A stretch of DNA of 64,000 nucleotides, from assembly GCA_963771465.1 (NCBI GenBank), contig CAVYTU010000014.1, positions 992,001-1,056,000 on the forward strand. The letters run 5' to 3'. Shown here in pieces: positions 1-10,402 of the stretch (positions are counted from its first letter, which is position 1; every line of letters starts with the position of its first letter). Source of the stretch: an uncultured delta proteobacterium. Lineage in GTDB: Bacteria; Desulfobacterota; Binatia; UBA9968. Under the pieces are notes generated by a model. That model was not told where the DNA came from. It was given only the letters and a program-made list of their open reading frames with translations, and made no database searches. Made by a program: the position numbers and the translations under genes.

Positions 1-10
1 TCCCGGAGAA

Positions 11-1090
11 TTATTTCCGTCTGATAAACAGCTGCTGCATCAGCTTGTCCCACTCGGCGTATTTTTTCTCGGCTTCTTCGACGCCGTATTTTTCGTCGAT
101 GTAGGATTTCTTAAATTTCTGCGACACCGAGCCGACGTCTTCGCGCGGCGACCATAGGCCGCCCTTCATGATCATCTGCTGGCCTTCTTTGGAATGGAGC
201 CAGTCGAGGTACAACAGAGCGGCGTGGGGATGGGGCGCTTTGAGTGTTAGCGCGGAATAAGCGACCGTGGTTACGACAGGCTCCAGAGGACGCCAATCCA
301 CCGGCGCGCCTTTTTGTTTGGCTTGGGTGATGTTGGCATCGAAGATCGTCGGCGAGAGCGGCACTTCGCCGGAAACTACCAAACCGGCCAAGGCGGCGCC
401 GGCCATATTTTGCACCTTCACATCTTGCTCGGCAATTTTTTCAAGATATTCCCGGCCAAAATTATCCAGCGTGCTGCCGATCCAACGGGTTCCCGTGGTC
501 GTGTTGACGATGGACATCTTGCCTTTCCACTTTGGATTCAACAGATCGAGCATGGTCTTGGGCGCTTCCGCCGGTGGAATTAGCGTCGTGTTGAATCCCA
601 GACTCGCATAAGTCTCGTAGTGGCCGATGAAGAAAAAACCATTCTTGCCTTTGTTCTTGACCTCTTCCGGAAAGTTGCGGGCTTCGGGAACGTGATGCTC
701 CAGAAATACCCCCTCGCGTTTCATCAGGTCCATCTGCTCGCCGGTGGTGGCAATTATGTCGGCGATATACTGGCCGGCGCGAATTTCTTCCAGCGCCCGT
801 TTAATCAAAGTTCGCCCGTCCGTTCGATATTCGGTCACTTTGACGAACGGATATTTGCCTTCGAACGCCTTGGCCATGGTGCGATACCAAGTATGCGAGC
901 CGTAGTGCGTGAAGGCGCCTTCTTTCTTGGCGCCTTCGATAAGAATTTTTTCCCGATCGGCGCCCTGATAGAGCGCGAGTTGTGAAATCGACATGGGCGC
1001 GCTGGCGGCCAACACGCTTACGCTTCTCGCTATACATAGGATCAAAGCCGCGAGAGCTGTGATTACCCATTGGCTGGGGATAAACGACAT
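11..1090 (-). CDS. Extracellular solute-binding protein, Fe3+/AfuA-like ABC family
   Basis: Signal peptide; motifs AKKEG, LGFNT..I, DLLNPKWKGK, APHPHAALLYLDW; RBS-like AAGGAG upstream. Confidence 0.85.
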   Translation of the reverse strand: MSFIPSQWVITALAALILCIARSVSVLAASAPMSISQLALYQGADREKILIEGAKKEGAFTHYGSHTWYRTMAKAFEGKYPFVKVTEYRTDGRTLIKRALEEIRAGQYIADIIATTGEQMDLMKREGVFLEHHVPEARNFPEEVKNKGKNGFFFIGHYETYASLGFNTTLIPPAEAPKTMLDLLNPKWKGKMSIVNTTTGTRWIGSTLDNFGREYLEKIAEQDVKVQNMAGAALAGLVVSGEVPLSPTIFDANITQAKQKGAPVDWRPLEPVVTTVAYSALTLKAPHPHAALLYLDWLHSKEGQQMIMKGGLWSPREDVGSVSQKFKKSYIDEKYGVEEAEKKYAEWDKLMQQLFIRRK

Positions 1091-1154
1091 GGTTTTTCTC
1101 CTTTGAAAACTCCTTGGCGGGCCAAACTGAGCAGTTGATTGGTCTCGATTTGCC

Positions 1155-2233
1155 TTAACGCTTGCGGATAAACAGCTGGCGCAGTAGCGTTTCCCACTGG
1201 CCGAGTTTCACTTCCATCTCCTCGGACGAATACTTTTCATCGAGATAGTTTTTCTTAAACTTTTGATCCAAAGAGCCAATGTCTTCGCGTGGCGACCACA
1301 GGCCGCCTTTCATGATCAGTTGCTGACCTTCCTTGGACAAGAGAAAATCGATGAACAGAAGCGCGCTGTGCGGGTTTGAAGACTTGTTTAGCAGCGCCGC
1401 GGAGCCGACCGTGGTGACCACCGGCTCCAAGGGCCGCCATTCCACCGGCGCGCCTTTCTGCTTGGCGAGGGTAACGTTGGCGTCGAAGATCGTCGGCGAT
1501 AGCGGAACCTCGCCGGACACGACCAGATTGATCAAAGCCGCGGGCGCCATGTCTTGCACGCTCACATCCTGATCGGCAAGCTTGTCTAGAAATTCGCGTC
1601 CGAGCGACTCGAGGGCGTTGCCGAGCCAACGCGCGCCGGTCGTCGTGTTGGTGATCGCCATCTTGCCTTTCCATTTGGGATCGAGCAAATCCTTGAGGCC
1701 GCGCGGCGCGCTCGCCGACGGGATCAACTGGTTGTTGAAGCCCAAGCTGTTGTAGGTTTCCCGGTTCGGCAGGTAAAAAAACCGTTCTTGCCTCTAGGTT
1801 TGAGATCGTTTGGATAGTGGCGCGCTTCGGGCGAGAAATACTCCTGGAACAATCCTTCCCGCTTCAATACGCCCAAGCCATCAGCCGTCGTTTCCACCAC
1901 GTCGGCGAGAACCCGCCCGGCTTTTACTTCCTCGATGACCTTGCGAATGACGTTTTTGGAATCGTTGCGCCACTCGGAGGCTCTGATAAACGGATATTTC
2001 TTTTCAAACTCCTTGACGAAAGTCTTGAACCAGGTGTGCGAGGTGTAAAGCGTGAATTGACCTTCGCGCTTGGCGCCTTCGATAAGAATTTTCTCCCGGT
2101 CGGCGTTTTGATAGAGCGCTACCTGGGCCGAAGTCATCGGCGCGTTGGCGGCGCGCGCGTTGTTTGCGACGAAGAGCGAAAGGAAGAAGCCGAGCGATAC
2201 GCTGACGCGCCGAAGGAATCGCAACCAAGACAT
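1155..2233 (-). pseudogene. Tandem paralog of the AfuA-like solute-binding protein, split by a 1-nt deletion in a homopolymer (probably an assembly error)
   Basis: ORFs 1724..2251 and 1155..1745 join if the A7 run at 1775-1781 is A8, giving KNGFFYLPNRETYNSLGFN, colinear with the neighbour's KNGFFFIGHYETYASLGFN. ATG 2233 has a GGAGG RBS. Confidence 0.8.
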
Positions 2234-2268
2234 AGTCACCTCCGCAGACAACTTTCCCGATAGCCGGG

Positions 2269-2297
2269 AATCTATGGATTGCGGTTCTAACTGTCAA
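2269..2297 (-). promoter_or_regulatory. Sigma70-type promoter for the solute-binding-protein pair
   Basis: TTGACA-N17-TAGATT on the minus strand. Confidence 0.6.
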
Positions 2298-2364
2298 TCA
2301 GAAACTGAACGACACGTTTGAGATACCAAAGAGCAAGATGTTGCGGGCTTTAACGCTGCGCGCG

Positions 2365-2394
2365 TTGACATAGCGTGCGTTTGTCTAATAGTCT
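2365..2394 (+). promoter_or_regulatory. Sigma70-type promoter, divergent from the previous one
   Basis: TTGACA-N18-TAGTCT upstream of the zinc-ribbon gene. Confidence 0.5.
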
Positions 2395-2441
2395 AACCAC
2401 AGCTAATTTTGTCGCTAATGGCGGGATCGCCTAACTCAATC

Positions 2442-2780
2442 ATGCCTTTATACGAATTTCGCTGTAAAAAGTGTGGATCAATAACCGAGGCGCTGATTCG
2501 GCACATCGATTCCAGTGATGAGACTGTAAATTGCGCGCATTGCGGCAGCGCGGCGATGAGCAAGGTAATTTCGCTGGTGCGCTTCAAGGTTGCGCGGCGG
2601 GCCAAGTATAGCGACGAATTTCTCGACAAGGCAACGCCCTTCCTTAAGACCCAAAGAGAAACCGCTAAGTATTTCGCCGAAGGAAAAGGCTCGGAGGATG
2701 CCAAGACGTTCAAGCTCGCGGAACAGATCGGCGAACGGATCGATCGGACGCTCGCGAGTGTGCCGGCGCGCAAAGATTAA
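2442..2780 (+). CDS. FmdB-family zinc-ribbon protein
   Basis: MPLYEFRCKKCG...CAHCGS..M.K.IS signature. Confidence 0.85.
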   Translation: MPLYEFRCKKCGSITEALIRHIDSSDETVNCAHCGSAAMSKVISLVRFKVARRAKYSDEFLDKATPFLKTQRETAKYFAEGKGSEDAKTFKLAEQIGERIDRTLASVPARKD

Positions 2781-2846
2781 GCGCGCTGTAAACTAAATTC
2801 GGCTGCGGCCGTTAAACCCATACCGAAAGATTTTCAGGAGGTAAGC

Positions 2847-3983
2847 ATGTGGAACGGATTTAAAGTTATCGACTCGGACGCGCATCACCACGAGCCCAAG
2901 GACATGTGGGATCGCTATTTAGAGCCGGCGTACAAGGACCGGGTACCCAAAGTTATCGGCATGCAGCGCAATTTTTTCGTCTATGCTCCCGACGGCAAGA
3001 TATTCCCTGCACTCGATTCGGGAGGAAATATTCCCGCCCATCACGATCAATGGATGGCCGAAAAGTACGGCACCGCCTACGATCAATGGTGGTCGCCGGA
3101 GATTCGTCTGAAAGACATGGATCATTACGGCTGGGACATTCAAGTCATCCTGTCTACTAACGGCAACCGCGTCATGGAAGCCGCGCTCAAAGATGCCGAA
3201 GTGGGTGCGGCAATGGCGCGCGCATATCACAACTGGTGCCGTGACTATGCCAGCACTAACCCCGCGCGCATCAAGTTTACCGCCACGCTGCCGGCCGGCG
3301 ATACCAATGCGATGGTTGCCGAAGCGCGCCGCGCGGTGGAGAAACTCGGCGCGGTCTCGACGCGCAATCCGCTGTTGCCCAAAGGTAAGTGGCTGCACGA
3401 ACCGGAATACGATGCTTTGTGGCAGTTGGCCAGCGATCTAGATTTTCCAATTTCGGTCCACGGCGAATCGCGTCATTTGCGCGCGGCGCCGTTCCGCGAG
3501 CTGCGCGCCGGCGGGACGTTCAGCGCGCTCGACCATATTATTGGTTTTCCGATGGATAACATGGTGACCCTGGCGCACTTCATATTCGGCGGCGTGTTGG
3601 AACGCTTCCCGAAACTTCGCCTTGGCATTTTAGAGTCAAACGCGGGCTGGGTGAATTTCTGGCTGCCGCGCATGGACGATCACTCCCATGGCCGCCGGCT
3701 CATTCTCGGGGCGGGTTTGCCGATGAAACCGAGCGAGTACGTGAAGCGCCAATGTGTAATTTCCGCGGATCCCGACGAGCCAGGTCTAGATGACATCGTC
3801 AAATTCATGGGCGACGACAATCTGGTGTGGAACACCGATTACCCGCATCCCGACGCGCCCGATCCGGATAAGGTGCTGCCCTGGTTCGGCGCGCAGCCGA
3901 TTTCGGACGATAGCAAACGCAAAATTCTCTGGGACAACGCGGTGCGGCTCTACGGGCCGCGGTTGTTGGAAAGAACCGCGTAG
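2847..3983 (+). CDS. Amidohydrolase_2 family metal-dependent hydrolase/decarboxylase
   Basis: IDSDAH, ISVH, LESNAGW and TDYPHPD motifs; GGAGG RBS. Confidence 0.85.
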   Translation: MWNGFKVIDSDAHHHEPKDMWDRYLEPAYKDRVPKVIGMQRNFFVYAPDGKIFPALDSGGNIPAHHDQWMAEKYGTAYDQWWSPEIRLKDMDHYGWDIQVILSTNGNRVMEAALKDAEVGAAMARAYHNWCRDYASTNPARIKFTATLPAGDTNAMVAEARRAVEKLGAVSTRNPLLPKGKWLHEPEYDALWQLASDLDFPISVHGESRHLRAAPFRELRAGGTFSALDHIIGFPMDNMVTLAHFIFGGVLERFPKLRLGILESNAGWVNFWLPRMDDHSHGRRLILGAGLPMKPSEYVKRQCVISADPDEPGLDDIVKFMGDDNLVWNTDYPHPDAPDPDKVLPWFGAQPISDDSKRKILWDNAVRLYGPRLLERTA

Positions 3984-4001
3984 CAGTAAGAAGTCTCACC
4001 T

Positions 4002-4943
4002 TCATAAGCGCAGGCTCGCTCGGTGGTTTTGCAGCCACTGAGCGAGCCGCGCGATGCCTTCTTCCAGATAAATCTTCGGTGTCCAGCCGAGCTCTTTTTT
4101 CGCCAGCGAAATATCCAGCGGGCTACGTAATCGGTGCGGCGCGACTTCGGCGGCGTTGGGATGCTCGCCGATTGCGAAATTTAAATCAGGCAAAGCTTTC
4201 TGGATCGCACGCTGCAAATCTTCGCTAACGTACGCTTTGTCTAAACCGATGTTGTAAGCGCGGCTGAGCGGCTTTTCCGTAAACAGCGCGCGGCTGACGG
4301 CGTCGGCGACATCGTCGATGTAAATCAAATCGTCCAGCGGGCGCGTGAGAAACGGCCGGCAAGGCTGTCCGAGGATGCCTTTCTTCAGCTCCAGCGGAAT
4401 GCTGCGATATAGTCCCGGCCCGTACACCGATGAATAGCGCAAGGCGACGAAATCGACGCCGTGTTTTTCCTTGTAGAAATTGCCCATCCATTCGGAAACT
4501 GTTTTTGCGGCGCGGTAGAAATAAGTTGGATAGATCGTCACCGCGTCGTCTTCCTTGACGAGGCTACCGTCCGGCTTGCTCAACTGGCCGTAAATGGACG
4601 CCGAGCTGGAGTAGACGACGCGCTGGATTTTTAAATCCTTGGCTGCTTCCAGAATATTTGTCATGGCGTGGTAACAGTAATTGAGCACTGTTGGCGTCTC
4701 GTCACGCGGCGGATGGGCGGCGTGAAAAATATGGGTCGGTCGTTCCTTTTCACAGAGCGCGCGAAACGCATTGGCGTCGGTGACGTTCATGATGTGGCTG
4801 GTCGATCTTATTCCTAGCAGCGAGAGGTCTGGCGAGCGCGGCACAACGTCGATGGGCACAATCTGGTGGCCAAGCGACTCCATATGTTTGCTCACATGCG
4901 AGCCGATAAAACCATTGGCGCCGGTGATGAGTATTTTGGCCAT
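4002..4943 (-). CDS. NAD-dependent epimerase/dehydratase (extended SDR)
   Basis: ITGANGFIG, SSASIYG, YRAAK (YxxxK), LRYSSVYGPG. Confidence 0.85.
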   Translation of the reverse strand: MAKILITGANGFIGSHVSKHMESLGHQIVPIDVVPRSPDLSLLGIRSTSHIMNVTDANAFRALCEKERPTHIFHAAHPPRDETPTVLNYCYHAMTNILEAAKDLKIQRVVYSSSASIYGQLSKPDGSLVKEDDAVTIYPTYFYRAAKTVSEWMGNFYKEKHGVDFVALRYSSVYGPGLYRSIPLELKKGILGQPCRPFLTRPLDDLIYIDDVADAVSRALFTEKPLSRAYNIGLDKAYVSEDLQRAIQKALPDLNFAIGEHPNAAEVAPHRLRSPLDISLAKKELGWTPKIYLEEGIARLAQWLQNHRASLRL

Positions 4944-4974
4944 TGCTTTAAGCCTCCGATCGGAGGAGTTGATA

Positions 4975-6294
4975 TCAAGCCTGCATCGCGTTAACGCAGT
5001 CGCGGATTTCCGCCTCGCTGAGAGCTCTGCGTTTGTGCTCTAACTCTTTTTGAATACGCCGCCAAAGTTGCGGCAGCCTTTCTTCCGAAACCTCGAGACC
5101 GATTTCCTTAAGACGCATTCGGAGCGTGTTGACGCCAGATTTTAAGTCGAGATGGCTCCGCCTTTGGTTGCCGACTGATTGAGGTGTGACCGGCGCGAAC
5201 AATAACGGATCGGCTTGCATGAGAAAACTGTGGGTGTCGCTGGCATCGGTGAAAGCGTAATCGCCGACCAGCGCTTTGTCCTTGGGTGTCGGCCAGCTGG
5301 ATAACTCTTCGAATAGTTTCGATAGGCCGGTCAGTTTGCTCAGGTCGATGCCCGTGGCGACGCCATAAAGCGACTCCAGTGCGACCACCACTTCCGCCAT
5401 CGTCGCGTTGCCGGCTCTCGCGCCAACTCCGTTGATCGTCACATCGACTTGCGCGGCGCCGGCCTCGACGCCGGCCAGAGCGTTGGCCGTCGCCAGGCCC
5501 AAGTCGTTGTGCGTGTGCATACCGAGGGTCAAACCGGGAGCCGCTTTTTTTGCTTCGCCGATGACGTAGCGGCAAGCGGCCGGCCCCATGCTGCCCGCGG
5601 CATCGACGAAGTTGAGCGCATAGACGCCGATTCGTTCGCAAGTGCGGGCGAGGTTGCGGAGAAAGTCGATGGACGCCAGGGAGAAGAAATTGGCGATGGG
5701 GCGCGCCTTCATGCCGCGTTTTTTGATCGCCGCCGCGGTCGCTTCGACGTAATCCATCAGCTTGGCTTCGCTGTCTGGAGCAGCTGATGATGCCGCCGCA
5801 TTGCTCATGTCAGCGCCCTTCCTCGACGCCGCGTAGATCGGTTGCCATTCCGGCAAAGGAAAAATCGTGTAGGAGATAATTTCGACGCCATGATCTCGCG
5901 CCAAATCCATCTGCGATGGTGAGCTGACGCCGTAGAGTTGTAGCTTCGCTCTGAGTTTCAGCTTATTCAGCTGGCTCAAAACTTTTATCGCCTGGCCACT
6001 TTCCTCGGTGCTCTTCGGTGCGAGAAACTGGATCACCGTGACGCCCGCTTCATCCAACGCGCGCGCTAGGGCGAGGTATTCGCGTTCGCCAAAGTAGGCC
6101 TGCGAAGCCTCGCGCAGCGTGACATCGCAAATCTCAACCCGGGCGGGTAGGTTCATCGCGCCACGCACGTCGGGCGCAAAGTTTAGCGGGCCGACGAACC
6201 ATTTGCCGGCTTGATACGCGGGCGCGACTCGAATCTTGTCCAAGGCGGCGTGCAGCGCTGCCAATTGGCCACCGGGGATCATGGATTTCGCCAT
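4975..6294 (-). CDS. DRE-TIM metallolyase (homocitrate/isopropylmalate synthase-like)
   Basis: DVTLRE, HTHNDLG.A.AN, G.GARAGN motifs; start taken at MAKSM. Confidence 0.8.
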   Translation of the reverse strand: MAKSMIPGGQLAALHAALDKIRVAPAYQAGKWFVGPLNFAPDVRGAMNLPARVEICDVTLREASQAYFGEREYLALARALDEAGVTVIQFLAPKSTEESGQAIKVLSQLNKLKLRAKLQLYGVSSPSQMDLARDHGVEIISYTIFPLPEWQPIYAASRKGADMSNAAASSAAPDSEAKLMDYVEATAAAIKKRGMKARPIANFFSLASIDFLRNLARTCERIGVYALNFVDAAGSMGPAACRYVIGEAKKAAPGLTLGMHTHNDLGLATANALAGVEAGAAQVDVTINGVGARAGNATMAEVVVALESLYGVATGIDLSKLTGLSKLFEELSSWPTPKDKALVGDYAFTDASDTHSFLMQADPLLFAPVTPQSVGNQRRSHLDLKSGVNTLRMRLKEIGLEVSEERLPQLWRRIQKELEHKRRALSEAEIRDCVNAMQA

Positions 6295-6313
6295 AACAAC
6301 CCCTTTCCTTCGG

Positions 6314-7841
6314 TTACTTTTCCGCCAGGTCGGCGTCGGCGACGTTGATGTAATCCTTCGGCGAAGGTTTCCAGATAAGGCGCCGCTTGGCTCCGTAAAT
6401 GTCGATGGGGTTATACAGCGGCACGATCGGTGCGTCATCGAGTAGAATTTTCATCGCCGCTTGGAGAACCTGCTGGCGTTTCTCGACATCGAAGATCTGG
6501 CGTTGTTGCTGCAGCAGGCGGTCGAAATTCGGATTTGAGTAGGAAAGTCGTTTGGAAACTCCGGACTCGAAATACTCGTTGAAGAAATCATCGGGATCGA
6601 CCACGGTTCCTCGGCCTCTAAAACAGATCGGACACTTGCCGGCTCGATGCAGATCGTTGAACACGCCCCATTCGGGAGTGTGCAGACGCGCTTTGATGCC
6701 GACCTTGGCCAACTGGCCGGCGATCGCTTGAGCGACTTCGCGATCCTTGGTGTAACGACCGGTGGAGGTGAGAAAGTCAATTTCAAATCCGCCGGCAAAA
6801 CCGGCTGCGGTCAGCAACTCCCGCGCCTTTTGCGGATTGTAAGAGAAAGGCTTGAACGTTAGAGTCTTCACCGAAACCATGCGGACCCAAGATACCGTCG
6901 AGACGATAGGCTTTACCGTCCAGGACGTATTTAATGATGGCATCCTTATCGAGGGCGTAGTGGATCGCTTGGCGCACCAGTTTGTTGTCGAGGGGTTTAT
7001 GCGCCGGATCGAGCAACAAGAATATAATCCGCGCGCTTCTTGCTTCTTCGCTGCGCAGCGCCGGCTGGTTTTTGAAGCGATGGGTTTCGTGCGGCGGCAC
7101 GTTGGCGATCAAATCCGCTTGACCCGATTCCAAAAGAGCCAACCGCGCCGCATCTTCGGCAACCGGTTTCCAAATGATGCGGTCGAGCTTAGGCGCGCCG
7201 CGCCAGTATTGCGGGTTTTTCTCGGCGACGACTCGGTCGCCGCGCACCCATTCGACGAACTTAAACGGCCCGGTGCCGATCGGCTTTCTACCCAAAGTTG
7301 CTTCATCGCCGGATTCTTTGGCCGCCGCTTCGCTCAAGATGTAAGCGTTGTCGAGATAGTCGAGGAACGAGACCACGGGTTTCGCCGTGGTCACGACCAC
7401 CGTGTAAGGGTCAGGCGCCTGCATGGATTGGATCGCTCTAGCGAGCGTGAGCTGGCGGCTGAACTTGGGATCCATGGATCTCTTGAGGCTGTAAATCACA
7501 TCGGCTGCGGTCATCTCGGCGCCGTTGTGAAACTTTACGTTTTTTTGCAGCTTGAACGTCCAACCTTTTTCGTTGCCGGTCCATGATTCCGCCAACACTC
7601 CCACATATTTCTTTTGGGCGAAATCATATTCGGCCAGAGGCTCGAGGAAGTGACGCCAGACGGCGTAATTTGCCGTGGTATTGTGCCAGTAGGGATTGAT
7701 CGATTCGAGATCGACGCCGTGGGCGATAAAGACTGTTTTGCCCTTGCTCTGTGCCAACACTTTGAATGCTGGGATCAAAGCGAGGCAAACAACAAAGGCG
7801 GCGAGGAGTTTAGACCAACGGATTTTTGCCAAGACCGTCAT
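6314..7841 (-). pseudogene. DppA/OppA family-5 solute-binding protein with a +1 frameshift near 6855 (probably an assembly error)
   Basis: N-part has FHNGAEMTAADV, PIGTGPFKF, VRQAI; C-part has YNPQKARELL, DAPIVPLY. Removing one base at GTTCAAG joins the frames. Confidence 0.8.
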
Positions 7842-7895
7842 CGTTAATTCTCCTTTCCGTTCGCGACCGCAGCTTCGGAGCTGACGCGATGGTTT

Positions 7896-9224
7896 CTACT
7901 TAGAGCGTGGCTGCAACGCTTCAGTAAGAGAACGCACCGAGGAAAGCTTCTCCAACTGAGCTACCATATCGACGATTGCCGAGCGCTGAGTTTTTGTTAA
8001 TTGCTCGCCGGTGCACTGATCGAACTTCGTGACGACTTGATCCCAACCGTGAAGATCAATCACCGGCAAAATCGGTTCGGAAATTTTTTCGCCGTTGCTT
8101 AATGTGACCGTCAATGATTTTGCGTCATCATGGTGGCGAACTTTGGCGATGAGGTCGACGATTCTTTCGTCGCCGGCTGGCGCTGGAGAAAAATCGTCTG
8201 GCGTGAGGCGGCCGCAAGCCACGGCAACGGCGAGACAGTAAGCCATGCTGAATCGGCCCTCGTCGCCGCTTCGAGGTGATAGTCGGAGAAGCGGGTAGGG
8301 CTTAAGGTGACATTCGATCGCCGCGATGTCTTTGGCAACGAGTGGTCGCTTGGAGAGCAAGCGTAGCATCGCCTCGACGGGAGCGTGCGTCGCAGCGGCT
8401 GCCGGATATCTTTTGACTTTGACGTCTTTACTTTCCCAGTCAAATTCTCGACCTAGTGTCTGCCCCAAATTTCCCAGCATACTTTCATCGAGCGGGCCGA
8501 GAGCGGAAAAGAGACCGTGCGCGCCTTCTAATGCTTCGGTGTCACCGGTGCAGCCATCGTGAGCGAGGAGGGCAGCGGTTACGCCCGATGCGGCGGCTTG
8601 CCCGGCTCTCAAAGGCTTCGCCATGGTGCCGCCATCGCGGCCGAGGGCGCCGCAGGACCCGGCGGCGATGCCGATAGCGTTGAGGGTCTGCCTCAAGTCC
8701 GATTTCACAAGCTTGCTGGCGGCGCAGGCGGCGGCCACGGGACCGAGAATTCCATTGGCGTGCCAGCCCCGCGCGCCCGGTCCGCTGCCTTCGAAGCGGT
8801 TCGAGAAAAGCGCGTCCATGGACATGCGCACCTCACGGCCGGCGATGAACGCTGTGAGAAGTTCCGCCCCCGAGGCGCGTTCACGTTCGGCCATCGCGGT
8901 GGCCGCGGCTAGAATAAACGTCGTGACATGACCGCCATCGTCGTAATCGAGAGCATGCGCCAGCGTTGCGTTGGCAAAGGCGGCATCGCGCGCGCTGGCT
9001 GAAATGTGCGATCCCCATACCTGACACGGGCCGCGCCACGAGTCTTGTTCGGCCAGGCGAAACAGTTTTTTTGCCAGTTCATACCGTGTCGCAAGCACCG
9101 ACACGCCCAGACAGTCGAGAATTGCCAGTTTGGCATTGGCAACGACGCGGGCTGGAATCTGATCCAGCGCCATTCCGACTGAGAACTCGGCGAGTCTTTT
9201 TGAGAATCCGTTTGTGCTAGCCAT
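7896..9224 (-). CDS. MmgE/PrpD family protein
   Basis: AILDCLG, ANATLAHALDYDD, GWH, KPLRAG, KRYP, RFSMAY. Confidence 0.85.
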   Translation of the reverse strand: MASTNGFSKRLAEFSVGMALDQIPARVVANAKLAILDCLGVSVLATRYELAKKLFRLAEQDSWRGPCQVWGSHISASARDAAFANATLAHALDYDDGGHVTTFILAAATAMAERERASGAELLTAFIAGREVRMSMDALFSNRFEGSGPGARGWHANGILGPVAAACAASKLVKSDLRQTLNAIGIAAGSCGALGRDGGTMAKPLRAGQAAASGVTAALLAHDGCTGDTEALEGAHGLFSALGPLDESMLGNLGQTLGREFDWESKDVKVKRYPAAAATHAPVEAMLRLLSKRPLVAKDIAAIECHLKPYPLLRLSPRSGDEGRFSMAYCLAVAVACGRLTPDDFSPAPAGDERIVDLIAKVRHHDDAKSLTVTLSNGEKISEPILPVIDLHGWDQVVTKFDQCTGEQLTKTQRSAIVDMVAQLEKLSSVRSLTEALQPRSK

Positions 9225-9297
9225 GCGAATGTTGATCCGGCGGCAGCGCAATTTGCCGCAAAATATTTTGATTCTATTCAGACTTCCGAAATAATCG

Positions 9298-10356
9298 CTA
9301 AGACCAGCCAAAAAGTGTTTTCGCGTTTTCCGCTAAGATTTTGTTCTTGGCTTGCTCGGAAATATCTTTGCGTCGCCGCAAATTCGCCACCGCGCCGGGC
9401 AACGGGCTGTCGGTTTCGGGATAGGCCGAGCCAAAGAAGATCTGATTCTCGCCGATGGTTTCTAAAACGTAAGCGAGCGACTGCTCGTCGTAGGTGCTGG
9501 CGAAGTACCAATTGCCGCCGCAAAGATGTCGACTCGGCGGCTTTTGCAGGAACGGTGCTTCTTCGTCGTGTTTCCCTTCGAAGTCTTTATCCATGCGCTC
9601 CATGAGAAAAGGCACCCAACCGACGCCGGCGCCAAAAACAGCGATGCGCAGCTTGGGAAATTTCTCGGGAATCCCGCCATACATCAACGCGGCGCAGGTA
9701 TGAAAAGTTTCCATTGAACCGCCCACCGTATCTTGAAAAAGGAAAGTATCGGCGCGCAGATCTTGTCCCGGACCTTGGTAGGAAAGATTGTGCACCAAAA
9801 GGGGCACGTTGAGCCGTTCCATTTCTTGATAGATCGGCCAGTAAGTCGGCGCGCCGACATGCTCGGCAAGTCCTAAGGACGAAAGCGCTATGCCGACCAA
9901 GCCAAGCTCGGTTACCGCACGCTTTGTCTCAGCGACCGCAGCCTCAACGTTTTGAAACGGAACCACAGCGGCAGCTCTAAGACGAGAATTGTCTTTGCAG
10001 AGATTTGCGGCGTAATCGTTGTAGCCGCGACAATATGCGGTCACAAGGTTTTCATCGCGGGCGCGCGCCGAATAACCCGTGGGCGAACCATGCCGTGGCA
10101 CTTGGCTCAGTAACAATGCGCGCGTTGGGAACAGGACCGAAAGGTCGACACCTTCTTGATCCATGGCCCGATGATAGCGATCGATCGTCCAATCGTCCGG
10201 CTTGATCCGGCCATATTCGCTGGGGTCCCAACCGGTGGTCGGTAGCAGCGAACCGGATTGATCGCTGTAAGGGACGCCCATGAACGGGCGCACGTCGGAG
10301 TCGTCGGTTTTTTGAATTAAATGCACATCCGCGTCGATCACTGAAAAATTCGCCAT
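9298..10356 (-). CDS. Amidohydrolase_2 family protein with degenerate active-site motifs
   Basis: IDADVH and LLVH are kept, but it has FGAGVGW instead of FLEAG.GW and SAYPETD instead of SDYPH.D. Confidence 0.8.
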   Translation of the reverse strand: MANFSVIDADVHLIQKTDDSDVRPFMGVPYSDQSGSLLPTTGWDPSEYGRIKPDDWTIDRYHRAMDQEGVDLSVLFPTRALLLSQVPRHGSPTGYSARARDENLVTAYCRGYNDYAANLCKDNSRLRAAAVVPFQNVEAAVAETKRAVTELGLVGIALSSLGLAEHVGAPTYWPIYQEMERLNVPLLVHNLSYQGPGQDLRADTFLFQDTVGGSMETFHTCAALMYGGIPEKFPKLRIAVFGAGVGWVPFLMERMDKDFEGKHDEEAPFLQKPPSRHLCGGNWYFASTYDEQSLAYVLETIGENQIFFGSAYPETDSPLPGAVANLRRRKDISEQAKNKILAENAKTLFGWS

Positions 10357-10402
10357 GTTCAATCTCCGTAAAGCTCGCTCGCTTTTTTACTGCGCCGTTC
10401 TG

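Noticed and set aside
6850-6860. Programmed frameshift in the dppA-like gene
   Set aside because: No slippery heptamer or stimulatory structure is present, and similar single-base indels occur across the window, which points to sequencing error.
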